Shown here: positions 63,484 to 64,000 of the stretch, in pieces
How positions within the stretch are numbered: the stretch's first letter is position 1
Layout: every line of letters starts with the position of its first letter
Origin: Torpedo marmorata
Taxonomy: Eukaryota
Length of the DNA: 64,000 nt
NCBI GenBank assembly: GCA_977017645.1
Contig: OZ360230.1
Coordinates: 31,558,001-31,622,000 of the forward strand
Direction of reading: 5' to 3'
The notes under the pieces: model-generated
Databases searched by the model: none
Told to the model about the DNA's origin: nothing
The model's input: the letters and a program-made list of their open reading frames with translations, nothing else
Position numbers and translations under genes: made by a program

Positions 63484-64000
63484 ATGTCTGCAGGACTCTT
63501 TGTTTTCGCTATTGAGCCCCTAGTCGAAGCAATTAGACAGGATCCTGATATAAAGGGATTCAAAGTAGATCAGACAAATCATAAAATTAACCTCCTGGCA
63601 GATGATGTAATTTTGTACTTAACAGACCCTGCTAACTCCCTCACCAAATTACAGACTCTATTAAGCGCTTATGGTGTTATTTCAGGATATAAGGTGAACT
63701 GGGAAAAAAGTGAAATTATTCCACTAACGAGTTTTGATTACACTGAGTATCAGTGAACAAGCCCATTTAAGTGGCTTCCGAATGGTATAAAATATCTTGG
63801 AATAACTGTAGATAACGACCTTAAAAATTTGTACAAACTTAATTACCTCAGTAGAATTGAAGATGATCTACGTAGGTGGATGAGTTTGCCCATTACTCTA
63901 ATTGGCAGAGTCAACTGTGTGAAAATGAACATATTACCAAGGTTACAGTATCTTTTCCAGTCCTTGCCCAGTCCACTACCCCAAACTTTCTTTAAAACCC
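63484..64000 (+). mobile_element. L1-clade LINE ORF2 fragment running off the window
   Basis: LFVFAIEPL, LLADDVILYL, SGYKVNWEKSE, IKYLGI, GRVNCVKMN; internal stop. Confidence 0.85.

Overview
Eukaryotic genomic DNA. The repeat complement (Rex1/Babar, CR1, L1, Penelope, Gypsy) suggests a fish, probably a cartilaginous fish (inference). The window is the interior of a + strand mucin-like gene whose Thr/Ser/Pro-rich (PTS) domain is split into many 162-177 bp symmetric phase-1 exons (AG|...ATTT|GTAAGT). About 28 exons are intact, giving roughly 1,600 aa of Cys-free PTS sequence; neither gene end is visible. Positions 1-~51,250 are a tandem array of ~5.4 kb units. Each unit has exons A, B and D, an exon-like copy C that has lost both splice sites, a dead 5'-truncated Rex1/Babar LINE and an ~880 bp solo LTR. 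Units 1-6 are nearly identical and show a 21,605 bp higher-order duplication. Units 6-8 carry private insertions: a near-intact 4.5 kb Gypsy (Mag-like) element with hairpins at both priming sites, and two L1 fragments. After ~51 kb the array decays, with diverged or disrupted exons, a truncated Gmr1-type Gypsy (integrase before RT), a Penelope element with a hammerhead-like motif, and CR1 and L1 fragments. There are no prokaryotic systems, CRISPR arrays or RNA genes. Most short ORFs in the track are antisense or intronic artefacts. All coordinates were read by eye.
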